Positions 9,353-18,278 of a stretch of 64,000 nucleotides of DNA are shown here, in pieces; within the stretch, counting starts at the first letter, position 1, and each line of letters opens with the position of its first letter. A program made the position numbers and the translations under genes. This stretch comes from an uncultured Verrucomicrobiae bacterium (GTDB lineage: Bacteria > Verrucomicrobiota > Verrucomicrobiia > Limisphaerales > Palsa-1400): NCBI GenBank assembly GCA_963764165.1, contig CAVXRD010000001.1:544001-608000 (forward strand), written 5' to 3'. The notes under the pieces were generated by a model. The model worked only from the letters and a program-made list of their open reading frames with translations. It had not been told where the DNA came from and ran no database searches.

Positions 9353-11347
9353 TTAAGCGGATTTTGGCGGGGCGGACCGGGCCGGGGCAGGCGCTCCCGG
9401 GGAAGCAGCACTTTTGGCGGCGGGCTTCGACTCGGCTGCCATTTCCGCGGCAGCGATTTCGCACATCCGCTGAATCTCGGCGGCGCGGCCTGTCACGGCG
9501 CCAGCGCGGGCAGACTGTGTTTTGTTGCCGTGCGAAATGCCTTTGATCTGCTTCGACACATTGCCCGTCGAGGTCGAAATATTCTTGACGGCCTTGGCCT
9601 GCTCCTCCAGGGCCCGGGCGGCTTGCGCGCTTTGCAAACGGATGCTGTCGGCGGCGGTCGTGATCTCCCGGGCGTCAGCCGCCTGGCCGGAGATCGATTT
9701 GCTGACGCGCACGATCAGGTTGACAAGCTTGTCTGTTTCGCGGGAAACCTGCTCCGCCGCCTTGGATTGCTCGGCCAGGGATCGTGCTGTTGACACGGAG
9801 CTTTGCCGCATCGACGAAATGGATTGGGCAATTTGCTGGGTGCCCGCGGATTGCTCCTTCATCGCCTTGCGCAATTGCTCGGCGATGCTGGAAGTCGATT
9901 GGGCGGCCTTGATGATTTCGCGGCCGGCCCGGCCCTGCTCATTCATGGCCTGGGCCACCTCGCGGGAGGCCTTGCGCATGTGAGCCGTGGCCTGGACAAT
10001 CTGGGTGGCGCCCTTGGCTTGCTCGGCCGTTCCCAAGGCGATCTGCCTCGACTGGGTGGAGGTGGCCGAAATAGCCTCGGTGACGCGTTTGGCCGCGAGG
10101 ATTTGCTCCTGCGTGGCGCGGTTGATTTGTGAAATGAGGGTGGCGCTTTCATCCACGCCTGACAAAATGATTTTCAACCCACCCAGGCCGCTTTCCGACT
10201 GCCGGGTGCTTTCCTCCGCAATCCGCATGCCCTGGCTGGCGCTTTCGGTGGCTTCGCGGGTGGCATCCTCAAGGCCGCGCACAATTTCCGAAATGTCCGC
10301 TGTGGCCTTGGCGCAGCGGTCGGCGAGATTGCGGATTTCCTCGGCCACCACGGCGAATCCGCGCCCGGCGTCCCCGGCCCGGGCGGCTTCGATTGATGCA
10401 TTCAACGAAAGCAAGTTCGTGCGCTCGGCAATTAAATTGATCGTGGCCACAATCCCGGAAATATCGCGGGTGCGCTTGTTCAGTTCCCGCATGACGCCGG
10501 CGCTTTGGGTCATGGCGGCGGAAACGCGGCCAATGCCCTTGATGGATTCCTGGATCACTTGCCCGCCTTCGTTGGCCTGCCGCGCGACGCGCGTGCTGAT
10601 TTCTTCTGTCCTCTTGACAAGCTCCGCCACTGACGCGCTCGATCTCTCCATTTGGGTGGAGGTCGTGGCGGATTCGCCCGCCAGTTGCGTGATGCGCTCG
10701 CTGTTTTGCGCGACGCCCTGGATTGAACGGGCCATTTCTTCAATCGAGGTCGATGTTTCCTCAATGGACGACGTCAGGCTCTCGGACATTCCAGCGACTT
10801 CCTCAATCGAAGTGGCCAGTTCATTGATCGAAGTGGAAGTTTCCTCGGCAGCCACGCTCAAGTCGTCCGCGTTCTTGGCCACTCCCGCGCTCGAACGGCT
10901 CAATTCCTCCACGGAAGTTCCCGCTTCCGCCAGCGCCGAAGCCACGTCCTCGCCATCTTCGCTGATGCGTTTAATGGAGGCGGTCGTTTCGGTCATAGCC
11001 GAACTGATCGATTGCGCCCCAACGGACATCTCCTGAGTCTCCGCCGAGACGGATTGGAGCGATTGCGTCATCTGCTTGATCGAAACGGTCGTCTGCGCCG
11101 CCGCGCCCGCCAATTGCGCCGTGTTGGCGGTGACCTGCTCAATCGAGGCCGCTAATTCATTGATGCTCGAGCTGGTCGACTCGGCTGAAGATGCGAGTGA
11201 CTCGGCTTGGGTCGCGGTTTCGGCCAGGGACGAGGCCAATTCCGCTGTTTGCTTGGTGATTTCGGAGACGGATTCCGACATCTTGGCAAAGCTATGGTCT
11301 CGGCCCGTGCCAGCCGCTCCGTTCATGGTTGGTTTTTGCTTTGGCAT
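9353..11347 (-). CDS. Soluble methyl-accepting chemotaxis protein with no TM or sensor domain
   Basis: Hairpin tip [34 protein letters not shown] with long heptad arms on both sides. Confidence 0.9.
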   Translation of the reverse strand: MPKQKPTMNGAAGTGRDHSFAKMSESVSEITKQTAELASSLAETATQAESLASSAESTSSSINELAASIEQVTANTAQLAGAAAQTTVSIKQMTQSLQSVSAETQEMSVGAQSISSAMTETTASIKRISEDGEDVASALAEAGTSVEELSRSSAGVAKNADDLSVAAEETSTSINELATSIEEVAGMSESLTSSIEETSTSIEEMARSIQGVAQNSERITQLAGESATTSTQMERSSASVAELVKRTEEISTRVARQANEGGQVIQESIKGIGRVSAAMTQSAGVMRELNKRTRDISGIVATINLIAERTNLLSLNASIEAARAGDAGRGFAVVAEEIRNLADRCAKATADISEIVRGLEDATREATESASQGMRIAEESTRQSESGLGGLKIILSGVDESATLISQINRATQEQILAAKRVTEAISATSTQSRQIALGTAEQAKGATQIVQATAHMRKASREVAQAMNEQGRAGREIIKAAQSTSSIAEQLRKAMKEQSAGTQQIAQSISSMRQSSVSTARSLAEQSKAAEQVSRETDKLVNLIVRVSKSISGQAADAREITTAADSIRLQSAQAARALEEQAKAVKNISTSTGNVSKQIKGISHGNKTQSARAGAVTGRAAEIQRMCEIAAAEMAAESKPAAKSAASPGAPAPARSAPPKSA

Positions 11348-11355
11348 AATTAAAG

Positions 11356-11841
11356 TTAAGCTGTTGTTTGCGCTTCGACGGCAACCGGCCCAACCGCGTC
11401 AGGCATTGGAGCGGGCTCCATGGAATCGACGTCCAGTATGGCGTCCAATTCCACCAGGAGAATAAGGCGGTCACCTACCTTGGCAACGGCCTTCAAATAA
11501 TTGCCGCTGATGCCGGTCAAGGTCTGTTCGATGGGGCGAATCGATTTTTCCGTGAGGGAAATAAATTCGCGGGCGGAATCCGCAATCAATCCCACCACGC
11601 GGTCTCGCACTTGCACAAATACAAGGCGGGTGCGGGCGTCGAACGGCGCGCGCGGCAATCCAAAGCGGGTGCGCAAATTCAACGCGGGAATCACCTGGCC
11701 GCGGGAAAAAACCACGCCGTCGATGGCCGGATTGGCGTTCGGCACGACGGTGACGTGCTCCATCATTTCGATGTGGCGCACGTCCGCGCTGTCCACGCCG
11801 TAGGTGGATCCGCCCACTTCAAATAAGATAAATTTTTTCAT
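11356..11841 (-). CDS. cheW: CheW
   Basis: VTVVP...[16 protein letters not shown]...VGLIAD. Confidence 0.9.
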   Translation of the reverse strand: MKKFILFEVGGSTYGVDSADVRHIEMMEHVTVVPNANPAIDGVVFSRGQVIPALNLRTRFGLPRAPFDARTRLVFVQVRDRVVGLIADSAREFISLTEKSIRPIEQTLTGISGNYLKAVAKVGDRLILLVELDAILDVDSMEPAPMPDAVGPVAVEAQTTA

Positions 11842-13796
11842 TCGACCAAATTCGCGCCTGATTCCGCATCGGTTTCGGCGTCGGCAATTTGCGGGCGCAC
11901 CGCGCCGCGCGTCAGATGCTCGCCGTCCAAAATTAAAACAGGCTTGCCGTCGCCCAGCTCCGTCGCGCCAATGATCCCCGGCGCCTGGCCGAGCGGATCA
12001 CGAATGGCGCGCACCACCACTTCCTTCTGGCCGTGGATTTTGTCAACAATTAAACCGTTGCGCCCCCGATCCGAGCGCAGCACCAGCAGGCAGAGCCGGG
12101 GCAGCGTTGAGGGCGGCAAACGAAACATTGACGATAAGCGCGTTACTGGCAAGGCGCTGTTTCGATAAGGAATCATCTCCACCCGGTTGATCATGCGAAT
12201 ATCCTCAGGCTGCACGTGCATGACTTCGCTGACAAAACTCTGCGGAATCGCGCACGTCTGGCTTGCGGCCGAAACAATCAGGGCCTCGGCAATGGCCAGC
12301 GTCAGGGGCAGCCGCAGGATGAATCGCGTCCCCTTCCCCAGTTCCGATTCCAGGCTGAAGCGGCCACCCAAATCGCGCAGCGTCTCCGCCACCACGCCCA
12401 TGCCCACGCCCCGGCCGGCGGCGCGATCCGCGTCGTCGCGCGTGGAAAAGCCCTGCATGCAAAGAATGTTCAGCAGCGCCGTTGAATCGATGGCCTGGGG
12501 AACTTGCAATCCTTGCGAGCGGGCGCGATTGACCACGGCCTCCGCATCAACACCGCGGCCGTCGTCGAAAACTTCGATCAACGCGGAATCGCCGCTGCTG
12601 GAAGCGCGAAGGGTGATGGTCGCTTCCGGCGATTTTCCGGCGGCGGTGCGTTCCTCCGGTGTTTCCACGCCGTGGCTGAAGGCGTTGCGGACCAAATGCA
12701 GCAAAGGATCTTTCAACCGCTCAAGGACATATTTGTCCATTTCGGTGTTCTGCCCTTCCAAAACGAGCCGCGCCTTTTTGTTCGATTCGCGCGCCAGATC
12801 GCGCACCACGAACGGCATGCGCGCAAAAATTTCCGACACTGGCACCATCCGCACCCGCATGATCGACTCACGCAATTCCCGCAGCGATTGCCCGAGCGAT
12901 TGGTTGAATTCCTGCAAGATGCCGACGTCGATGCTTCCGCCGGTCCGCTTGGCCTGGTTCAACTTTTCTTCAAAACGAGACCGGCAAATGACGAGTTCGC
13001 CGTTGATGCGCATCAATTCGTCGAGCCGGTTCAAGTCCACCCGCATGACGTGCGACGGGGAAAGAAATGGCGTGGCGGCCGCGCTTTTGCCGGCGGGAGC
13101 GGGCTCCTCTTTTTCCACCGCTGCAGGGGCGGCGGGCGCCGACGAGCTTCGGCCCATTTCTTGCGCGGCAATTCCGTCCGCTTCCCATGCTGCCACGTCG
13201 CCGATGGGGTGGCGCGCGTGAACGACAAATTCAAAACTCAATTCACCGCCGCCCGTGACTTTCGGCGCTGCCTCGACAATGTCGCCGATGGCCGCGATGC
13301 GCGCCCGCACGGTATTAATATTGACGCCGCGATCGTCCAATTCGCGCTTCGGGCGAAAGGCAAATTTCCAAACTGGCAGCGTGGCGGAGGCCGAATGCGC
13401 CGCCATTTCACGGAGCGAGGCGAGGAGAAAATCGATGTTGGGAATGGGAGCTTCGTTGCGCACCGCGAGGACCATTTCCTCGAGCTTTTGCGCGGAGTCC
13501 ATCAGGACATCGAGGACGCGGTTATTGATCGTCGAATCACCGCGCTTGAACCCGAGAAAAAATTCCTCGGCCGCATGGGCCAATTCTTCCGCCGCCCTCA
13601 GCCCAACGATGGCGGAGATTCCTTTGAAGGAATGGAAATTGCGGAAAAGATCGTCGATCACCGCAGGGTCAAATTGCCCGGTGGAATGCTCGAGGCTGGC
13701 CAGAGCTTCGCGAATGGCCCTCAAATGCTCGTCGCCCTCGGCGCAAAAATCGTCGACAAGCTCCCGCTGGATAGTTGGTTTTGAGTCCGAGCTCAA
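11838..13796 (-). CDS. cheA: CheA histidine kinase
   Basis: Hpt FRNFHSFKG, HLVRNAFSHG, GRGVGM and a C-terminal CheW domain; TTG start at 13796 overlaps the upstream TGA. Confidence 0.95.
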   Translation of the reverse strand: MSSDSKPTIQRELVDDFCAEGDEHLRAIREALASLEHSTGQFDPAVIDDLFRNFHSFKGISAIVGLRAAEELAHAAEEFFLGFKRGDSTINNRVLDVLMDSAQKLEEMVLAVRNEAPIPNIDFLLASLREMAAHSASATLPVWKFAFRPKRELDDRGVNINTVRARIAAIGDIVEAAPKVTGGGELSFEFVVHARHPIGDVAAWEADGIAAQEMGRSSSAPAAPAAVEKEEPAPAGKSAAATPFLSPSHVMRVDLNRLDELMRINGELVICRSRFEEKLNQAKRTGGSIDVGILQEFNQSLGQSLRELRESIMRVRMVPVSEIFARMPFVVRDLARESNKKARLVLEGQNTEMDKYVLERLKDPLLHLVRNAFSHGVETPEERTAAGKSPEATITLRASSSGDSALIEVFDDGRGVDAEAVVNRARSQGLQVPQAIDSTALLNILCMQGFSTRDDADRAAGRGVGMGVVAETLRDLGGRFSLESELGKGTRFILRLPLTLAIAEALIVSAASQTCAIPQSFVSEVMHVQPEDIRMINRVEMIPYRNSALPVTRLSSMFRLPPSTLPRLCLLVLRSDRGRNGLIVDKIHGQKEVVVRAIRDPLGQAPGIIGATELGDGKPVLILDGEHLTRGAVRPQIADAETDAESGANLVE

Positions 13797-14215
13797 ATCG
13801 TTCCTTGGCCGTGCTGTCGTGCAACCGGATCCTGAACCCTCCCGAGCCACAATAATATCCGCTCGGGGGTAATAGGTTTGACGAGATAATCGGAAGCGCC
13901 AAGGTCGCGGGCGCGCCTTTTGTCCGATTCCTGGTTTGATCCGCTGAGCACTACAACCGGAATCGATTGCATGAGCGGCTGGGATCGAAGCCATTCCAGC
14001 ACTTCAAACCCGTCGACCACCGGCATCTTGAGATCAAGAAAAATGAGGGAGGGGAGCATGCTGCTTTCGCATTGCCCCAAATATTCGACGGCAGTCTGGC
14101 CATCCATGACATGCTTCACTTCGCACGGGATGGTGGCTTTCTCAACTGCCCGTTGGAAAAAAAAGGAGTCATCCTCCGAGTCTTCCACAAGCAGCACCAT
14201 TTGGGCAGAATTCAT
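13793..14215 (-). CDS. Single-domain response regulator
   Basis: LLVEDSEDD, IFLDLKMP, YLVKP. Confidence 0.9.
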   Translation of the reverse strand: MNSAQMVLLVEDSEDDSFFFQRAVEKATIPCEVKHVMDGQTAVEYLGQCESSMLPSLIFLDLKMPVVDGFEVLEWLRSQPLMQSIPVVVLSGSNQESDKRRARDLGASDYLVKPITPERILLWLGRVQDPVARQHGQGTI

Positions 14216-14384
14216 TTTTGATCAATCTCTTCGCCTGCGCGCACCTCCTGCGGGGGACAGGCCGTGCAAATCGCGATGCAGCTCGCGCCAGTATCGCGGT
14301 GCGACGGTACATACAGTGCATTTTTCCCGCGATTTTGCAAGAAGTATTCCCGCGGCAGGGACGCCGGGGCGCAAATCAAGTTTT

Positions 14385-14493
14385 GGCAGGGACGCCTCGC
14401 CGAGCGCCGAGGCGTCCGGGGCAAGGCATTATTCATACGCATACCGCAGCATTAATCCCGCGCAACCGGACGCCTCGGAGAGGCGCCCCTGCC
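14385..14493. repeat. Degenerate REP doublet, family A
   Basis: GGCAGGGACGCCTCGCCGAG...GAGGCGTCC and GGACGCCTCGGAGAGGCGCCCCTGCC. Confidence 0.75.
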
Positions 14494-14653
14494 TTTCAGA
14501 GGGCTTGTCAAAATTTGATTTGCGCTCGGAAGCCTCTCCTGCATTCGTAGGTTTAGGGCAGGAAGGCCAAGACATCTGCTTTGAGGCGTTATTCATGCCA
14601 TCTCCGTTTTTTCGCGCAAAATACAGTGCTGGAAGTGAAGGCGGTTGGAGCGC

Positions 14654-14959
14654 ATGATTTCGTCGATGATTCGCAGGTTCTGGCCAAAATTTTTCTTGTA
14701 TGCCGCGGCGCTTTCGGTGCCTCCCGTTTGCGTTGCCGTCTTTTCCAGGCTCGATGCCCTCAGCGCGGTTCTGCTCGGGGGATGGGCCGGCATTGCGGCG
14801 GCGGTCGCATGCACCATTTGGATGGTGCGCGATTCGAAGGCCAGGGGCTGGCGCGCCGCGTTATTGTATGTGGGCGTTGGAATGGCGCTTTGCGCCCTGA
14901 GTCTTGCCTCGACGTTCATCAGCTATTTCCTGGGGCCGGGCGCCTCGATTCCAAATTGA
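14654..14959 (+). CDS. Small 3-TM membrane protein; first gene of the radical SAM operon
   Basis: Three hydrophobic segments; GGAG upstream of the ATG; ends 3 bp before the radical SAM ATG. Confidence 0.65.
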   Translation: MISSMIRRFWPKFFLYAAALSVPPVCVAVFSRLDALSAVLLGGWAGIAAAVACTIWMVRDSKARGWRAALLYVGVGMALCALSLASTFISYFLGPGASIPN

Positions 14960-14962
14960 AGC

Positions 14963-16339
14963 ATGAGCGCGCCGAAATCCAGTTTCCCGCCGCGATTGGA
15001 ACTCGTGGACAAGATACTGAAGCGCACCATGTCCCGCTGCCCGATTTGTCACGCGCGCTGCTCCGCTGAAGTGTGGCGCACCGGCGGCATTCCCTCCAAA
15101 ATCCTGCTCACGCGCCTGTGTGCCACCCACGGTCCCGCAACGGTTTGCATCGCTTCCGACGCCCGATTCTACTGGCTCTCGCGCGGCAAAGACGCGAATT
15201 CGCGCTGCCCCGCCCAGGCCTGCCGCGCGTCCGACGAAGCCCCGGCGGGAACGCTCGGGCGAAACGCGGAACCGGGCGATGCGCTCGGCGTGCAGGAAAA
15301 ACTTTCTACTTGTCTTGCGCTGATCGAGATAGTGAACTCGTGCAACCTCGCCTGCCCAACTTGTTACGCCGATTCGCCCGTCGGCGCGGGCGCAGAAGTG
15401 GACGCGGTTCCGGTGGAGGATTTGAAACGCCGCATCCAAGGCGTGGTGGATCGCAAAGGAAACATCGAAATCCTCCAGCTTTCCGGCGGCGAACCGACGC
15501 TGCATCCGCAATTCTTCGAGATGCTGCGCTGGCTGCAGGATCATCCGAGCATTGATTACGTTCTGTTGAATACCAATGGCGTCCGCATTGCCAACGACGA
15601 AGAGTTCACGCGCGAACTTGCCTCAGCCTTTCACTACGGAGCGTTCCAACTCTATTTGCAATTCGACGGCCCGCAGGAGGAAGGCCAGCGGTTCCTGCGC
15701 GGCGGAGATTTCCGGCGCGTGCGCGAACAATGCCTCGAACGCTGCCGGGAAATGAACATTCCCGTGACGCTCGCCATGACGGTCACGCGCGAAAATCTTC
15801 CCTTCCTTTGGGCGTCCATCGAGTTCGGCCTGCAATATCCGAATGTTCGCGGCATCAGCTTCCAGCCCGTCTTTGGCAGCGGACGCATCCCAAAACTCGA
15901 CGAGGCGCCGCTGAACACGGCGGACATCATTCTGGGCGCGGTCGGGCAGTCGGGCGGCGGCCTTCGTTTCGACGACTTCACGCCGCTGCCGTGCGGCGAT
16001 CCAAATTGCGCTACCATCGGCTACCTTCTGAAAGTGGACGGCAAAGTGCGCTCGGTCAGCGACTTCATCGATTTCACCGCGGTGCAGGGATTTCTTCATG
16101 ACAAGGTTCGATACAAGCTGGAGGATTTGATGAAATGCGGCTGCGAATCTGAGCCGCTGGGCGACCTCCTCAAGAAATTCGAACTCGATGAAACACATAC
16201 CTTTCGTTTGTTCATCAAACCATTCATGGACGCCTCGACCTGGGACGAGGATAGGATTGACCGTTGCTGCACGCATGTGATTCGGCCGGATGGAAAGCTG
16301 GATTCGTTTTGCAGGTATTATTCGGGGTTTAAAGCATGA
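14963..16339 (+). CDS. Radical SAM enzyme, Tes/GDGT-MAS (MJ0619)-like family
   Basis: N-terminal CPIC...CATHG, CNLACPTC, SGGEPT, TNG, YLQFDG, RGISFQPV, and C-terminal FMD...RCCTH..PDGKLDSFC. Confidence 0.85.
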   Translation: MSAPKSSFPPRLELVDKILKRTMSRCPICHARCSAEVWRTGGIPSKILLTRLCATHGPATVCIASDARFYWLSRGKDANSRCPAQACRASDEAPAGTLGRNAEPGDALGVQEKLSTCLALIEIVNSCNLACPTCYADSPVGAGAEVDAVPVEDLKRRIQGVVDRKGNIEILQLSGGEPTLHPQFFEMLRWLQDHPSIDYVLLNTNGVRIANDEEFTRELASAFHYGAFQLYLQFDGPQEEGQRFLRGGDFRRVREQCLERCREMNIPVTLAMTVTRENLPFLWASIEFGLQYPNVRGISFQPVFGSGRIPKLDEAPLNTADIILGAVGQSGGGLRFDDFTPLPCGDPNCATIGYLLKVDGKVRSVSDFIDFTAVQGFLHDKVRYKLEDLMKCGCESEPLGDLLKKFELDETHTFRLFIKPFMDASTWDEDRIDRCCTHVIRPDGKLDSFCRYYSGFKA

Positions 16340-16653
16340 GTGATGAGAATCCAGAGAATTCGATTCAGCGAGAAATCGCGTATGTGCTGTTGGCTTTGTC
16401 GCCTATTCCGATCTTTCTGATTGAGGCGCATTTTGCCGCCCGTCACGCAACGCAATTCATGGAGTCGCTTGTTAAAGGCACGTGTTTTCTCTACGCGCCA
16501 CTCGTTTCATTTGGAGGCGCTCATGGCATCGCTCGAAATTTGAAACCGGACGGACAGCCAAGTGGGCTCGTGACTTTCTTTGGCGGGTTGGCTTTTCTAT
16601 TTGTGAATGCCGTAGTTACCGTGGCAATCGGGTGTTCAGGCGCCCGGCTATGA
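16336..16653 (+). CDS. Small 3-TM protein, paralog A, C-terminal AIGC
   Basis: ATGA overlap with the radical SAM gene; VLLALSP and N-x7-GC. Confidence 0.75.
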   Translation: MSDENPENSIQREIAYVLLALSPIPIFLIEAHFAARHATQFMESLVKGTCFLYAPLVSFGGAHGIARNLKPDGQPSGLVTFFGGLAFLFVNAVVTVAIGCSGARL

Positions 16654-16691
16654 TGGGCGGCGTATTTCGTTGATGATTCAACTTTGCAAAG

Positions 16692-17021
16692 ATGGACAAC
16701 CAACCGATGAAGCCAAAGGGACGCTCGAAAATGGTTTGGGTGCTGGTGGCGCTTTCGCCGATCCCAATCGTGCTGATGGAATCCGGTCTCGTCTCCGCCC
16801 ATCGGATCGGTCTGCCCGTCGTAATTTTCACCTGCCTATATTTCAATGCGGCCCCCTCTCTGATCGGAGCTTTTAAACTCATTAGCGCCCGGAAGATTGA
16901 CTTGGCGGGCAGCATCTTCCTGAGTCTCCTGCTCGCGGCAGGCTTCTATGTGATTAACCTCGTCGGTGGAATTGCCGGATGCAGCATGATTACCAGCGAA
17001 GATATCTTCAAAGGGCGCTGA
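16692..17021 (+). CDS. Small 3-TM protein, paralog B, C-terminal IAGC
   Basis: VLVALSP and N-x6-GC. Confidence 0.75.
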   Translation: MDNQPMKPKGRSKMVWVLVALSPIPIVLMESGLVSAHRIGLPVVIFTCLYFNAAPSLIGAFKLISARKIDLAGSIFLSLLLAAGFYVINLVGGIAGCSMITSEDIFKGR

Positions 17022-17034
17022 ATTAACTCCTTTC

Positions 17035-17352
17035 ATGAACGACACCAATGCCAAAGGGAATATGAAGCCAGTGCTCATCGCGCTGTCGCCGACGCTTCTG
17101 ATCCTGTTTGCGATTGGCATGGCGGCCTTTGATTATAACGATTCGTTCTTTGTTCTTTTCATGATGTTTACCTATCTCATTTACTGCCCGTTCGTGTCGC
17201 TGCTGGGCGGGTTTCAGATAACGCGCAATCCCGTTATTGGAAGGGCCGCCCGAATTACTAGGGGATTCGGAATGGCCCTATGTTTCGTTATTTTGAATTA
17301 CATCATTGGCTTTATCGGCTGCGCAGCAGTTGACAAGGTCGCTCACCATTAA
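17035..17352 (+). CDS. Small 3-TM protein, paralog C, C-terminal FIGC
   Basis: VLIALSP and N-x6-GC. Confidence 0.75.
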   Translation: MNDTNAKGNMKPVLIALSPTLLILFAIGMAAFDYNDSFFVLFMMFTYLIYCPFVSLLGGFQITRNPVIGRAARITRGFGMALCFVILNYIIGFIGCAAVDKVAHH

Positions 17353-17357
17353 GACCT

Positions 17358-18098
17358 ATGCGCCCCGATCTTCATGAGACCGGTTACGGCTGGCTGATGT
17401 TTGCGGGCATCGTGGTTAGCATTCTGATGTGGTCGCGGGTCGCCCGGCGCGATGGGCGGCTGCCGCTGATTTACGTGGCCGCGCTGTTCGGCGCGTTCGC
17501 GGGGGCGAAGATTGTTTACCTTGCGGCGGAGGGCTGGCTTTACTGGAATGATCCAAATCGCTGGATCATTCTGGCCACGGGAAAATCCATCACTGGCGCG
17601 TTTCTCGGCGGATATGCGGCGGTCGAGATCGCCAAGCGCGCGCTTGGATACAAGACCGCCACGGGTGATTGGTTCGCTGTCATTGCGCCGCTGGGGATCA
17701 TGTTCGGGCGCGTCGGCTGCATGGTGCATGGCTGCTGCCTTGGCGAAGTATGCGCGCCAAGCTGGTATACCATGAACGACAGCCACGGCGTCGCGCGCTG
17801 GCCGGCGGCGGCGGTGGAATTGATCTTCAACGCCATCATGCTCGGCGTGGCCTTGCTGCTGAAACGATTCAAGATTTTGCCCGGCCAGCATTTTCATATT
17901 TACTTGATGGCTTACGGAACATTTCGATTCGTCCACGAATTTCTTCGTGACACGCCGCGCATCGTCGGCCCGTTTTCCGGCTACCAAATCGCCGCGCTGG
18001 CGGTGGCAGCGCTGGGAGCAGTGGGATTTATTTTACGTCGGCGAAAAGCTATGCCCGAAAGCGCGTCAACTGTGGCGGATCCTCGAACAGCTACGTAA
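17358..18098 (+). CDS. Divergent prolipoprotein diacylglyceryl transferase (Lgt) family protein
   Basis: GAKI, GRVGCMVHGCCLG, YGTFRFVHEFLRD; multiple TM segments. Confidence 0.85.
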   Translation: MRPDLHETGYGWLMFAGIVVSILMWSRVARRDGRLPLIYVAALFGAFAGAKIVYLAAEGWLYWNDPNRWIILATGKSITGAFLGGYAAVEIAKRALGYKTATGDWFAVIAPLGIMFGRVGCMVHGCCLGEVCAPSWYTMNDSHGVARWPAAAVELIFNAIMLGVALLLKRFKILPGQHFHIYLMAYGTFRFVHEFLRDTPRIVGPFSGYQIAALAVAALGAVGFILRRRKAMPESASTVADPRTAT

Positions 18099-18137
18099 TT
18101 CGCCTGCGAATTCTGCTGTTAGCTTCTTCATCCCAAA

Positions 18138-18240
18138 GGTAGGGACGCCTCGCCGAGGCGTCCGGGGTGAGGCACTGTCTACGCGCGCCGCGTGGGCATT
18201 TTTCACACGCAACCGGACGCCTCGGCGAGGCGTCCCTACC
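18138..18240. repeat. Intact REP doublet, family A
   Basis: GGTAGGGACGCCTCGCCGAGGCGTCC ... GGACGCCTCGGCGAGGCGTCCCTACC. Confidence 0.9.
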
Positions 18241-18278
18241 TTTAACAGGCCCCGCCAAGTGAAGACTCGAGTGAATGT

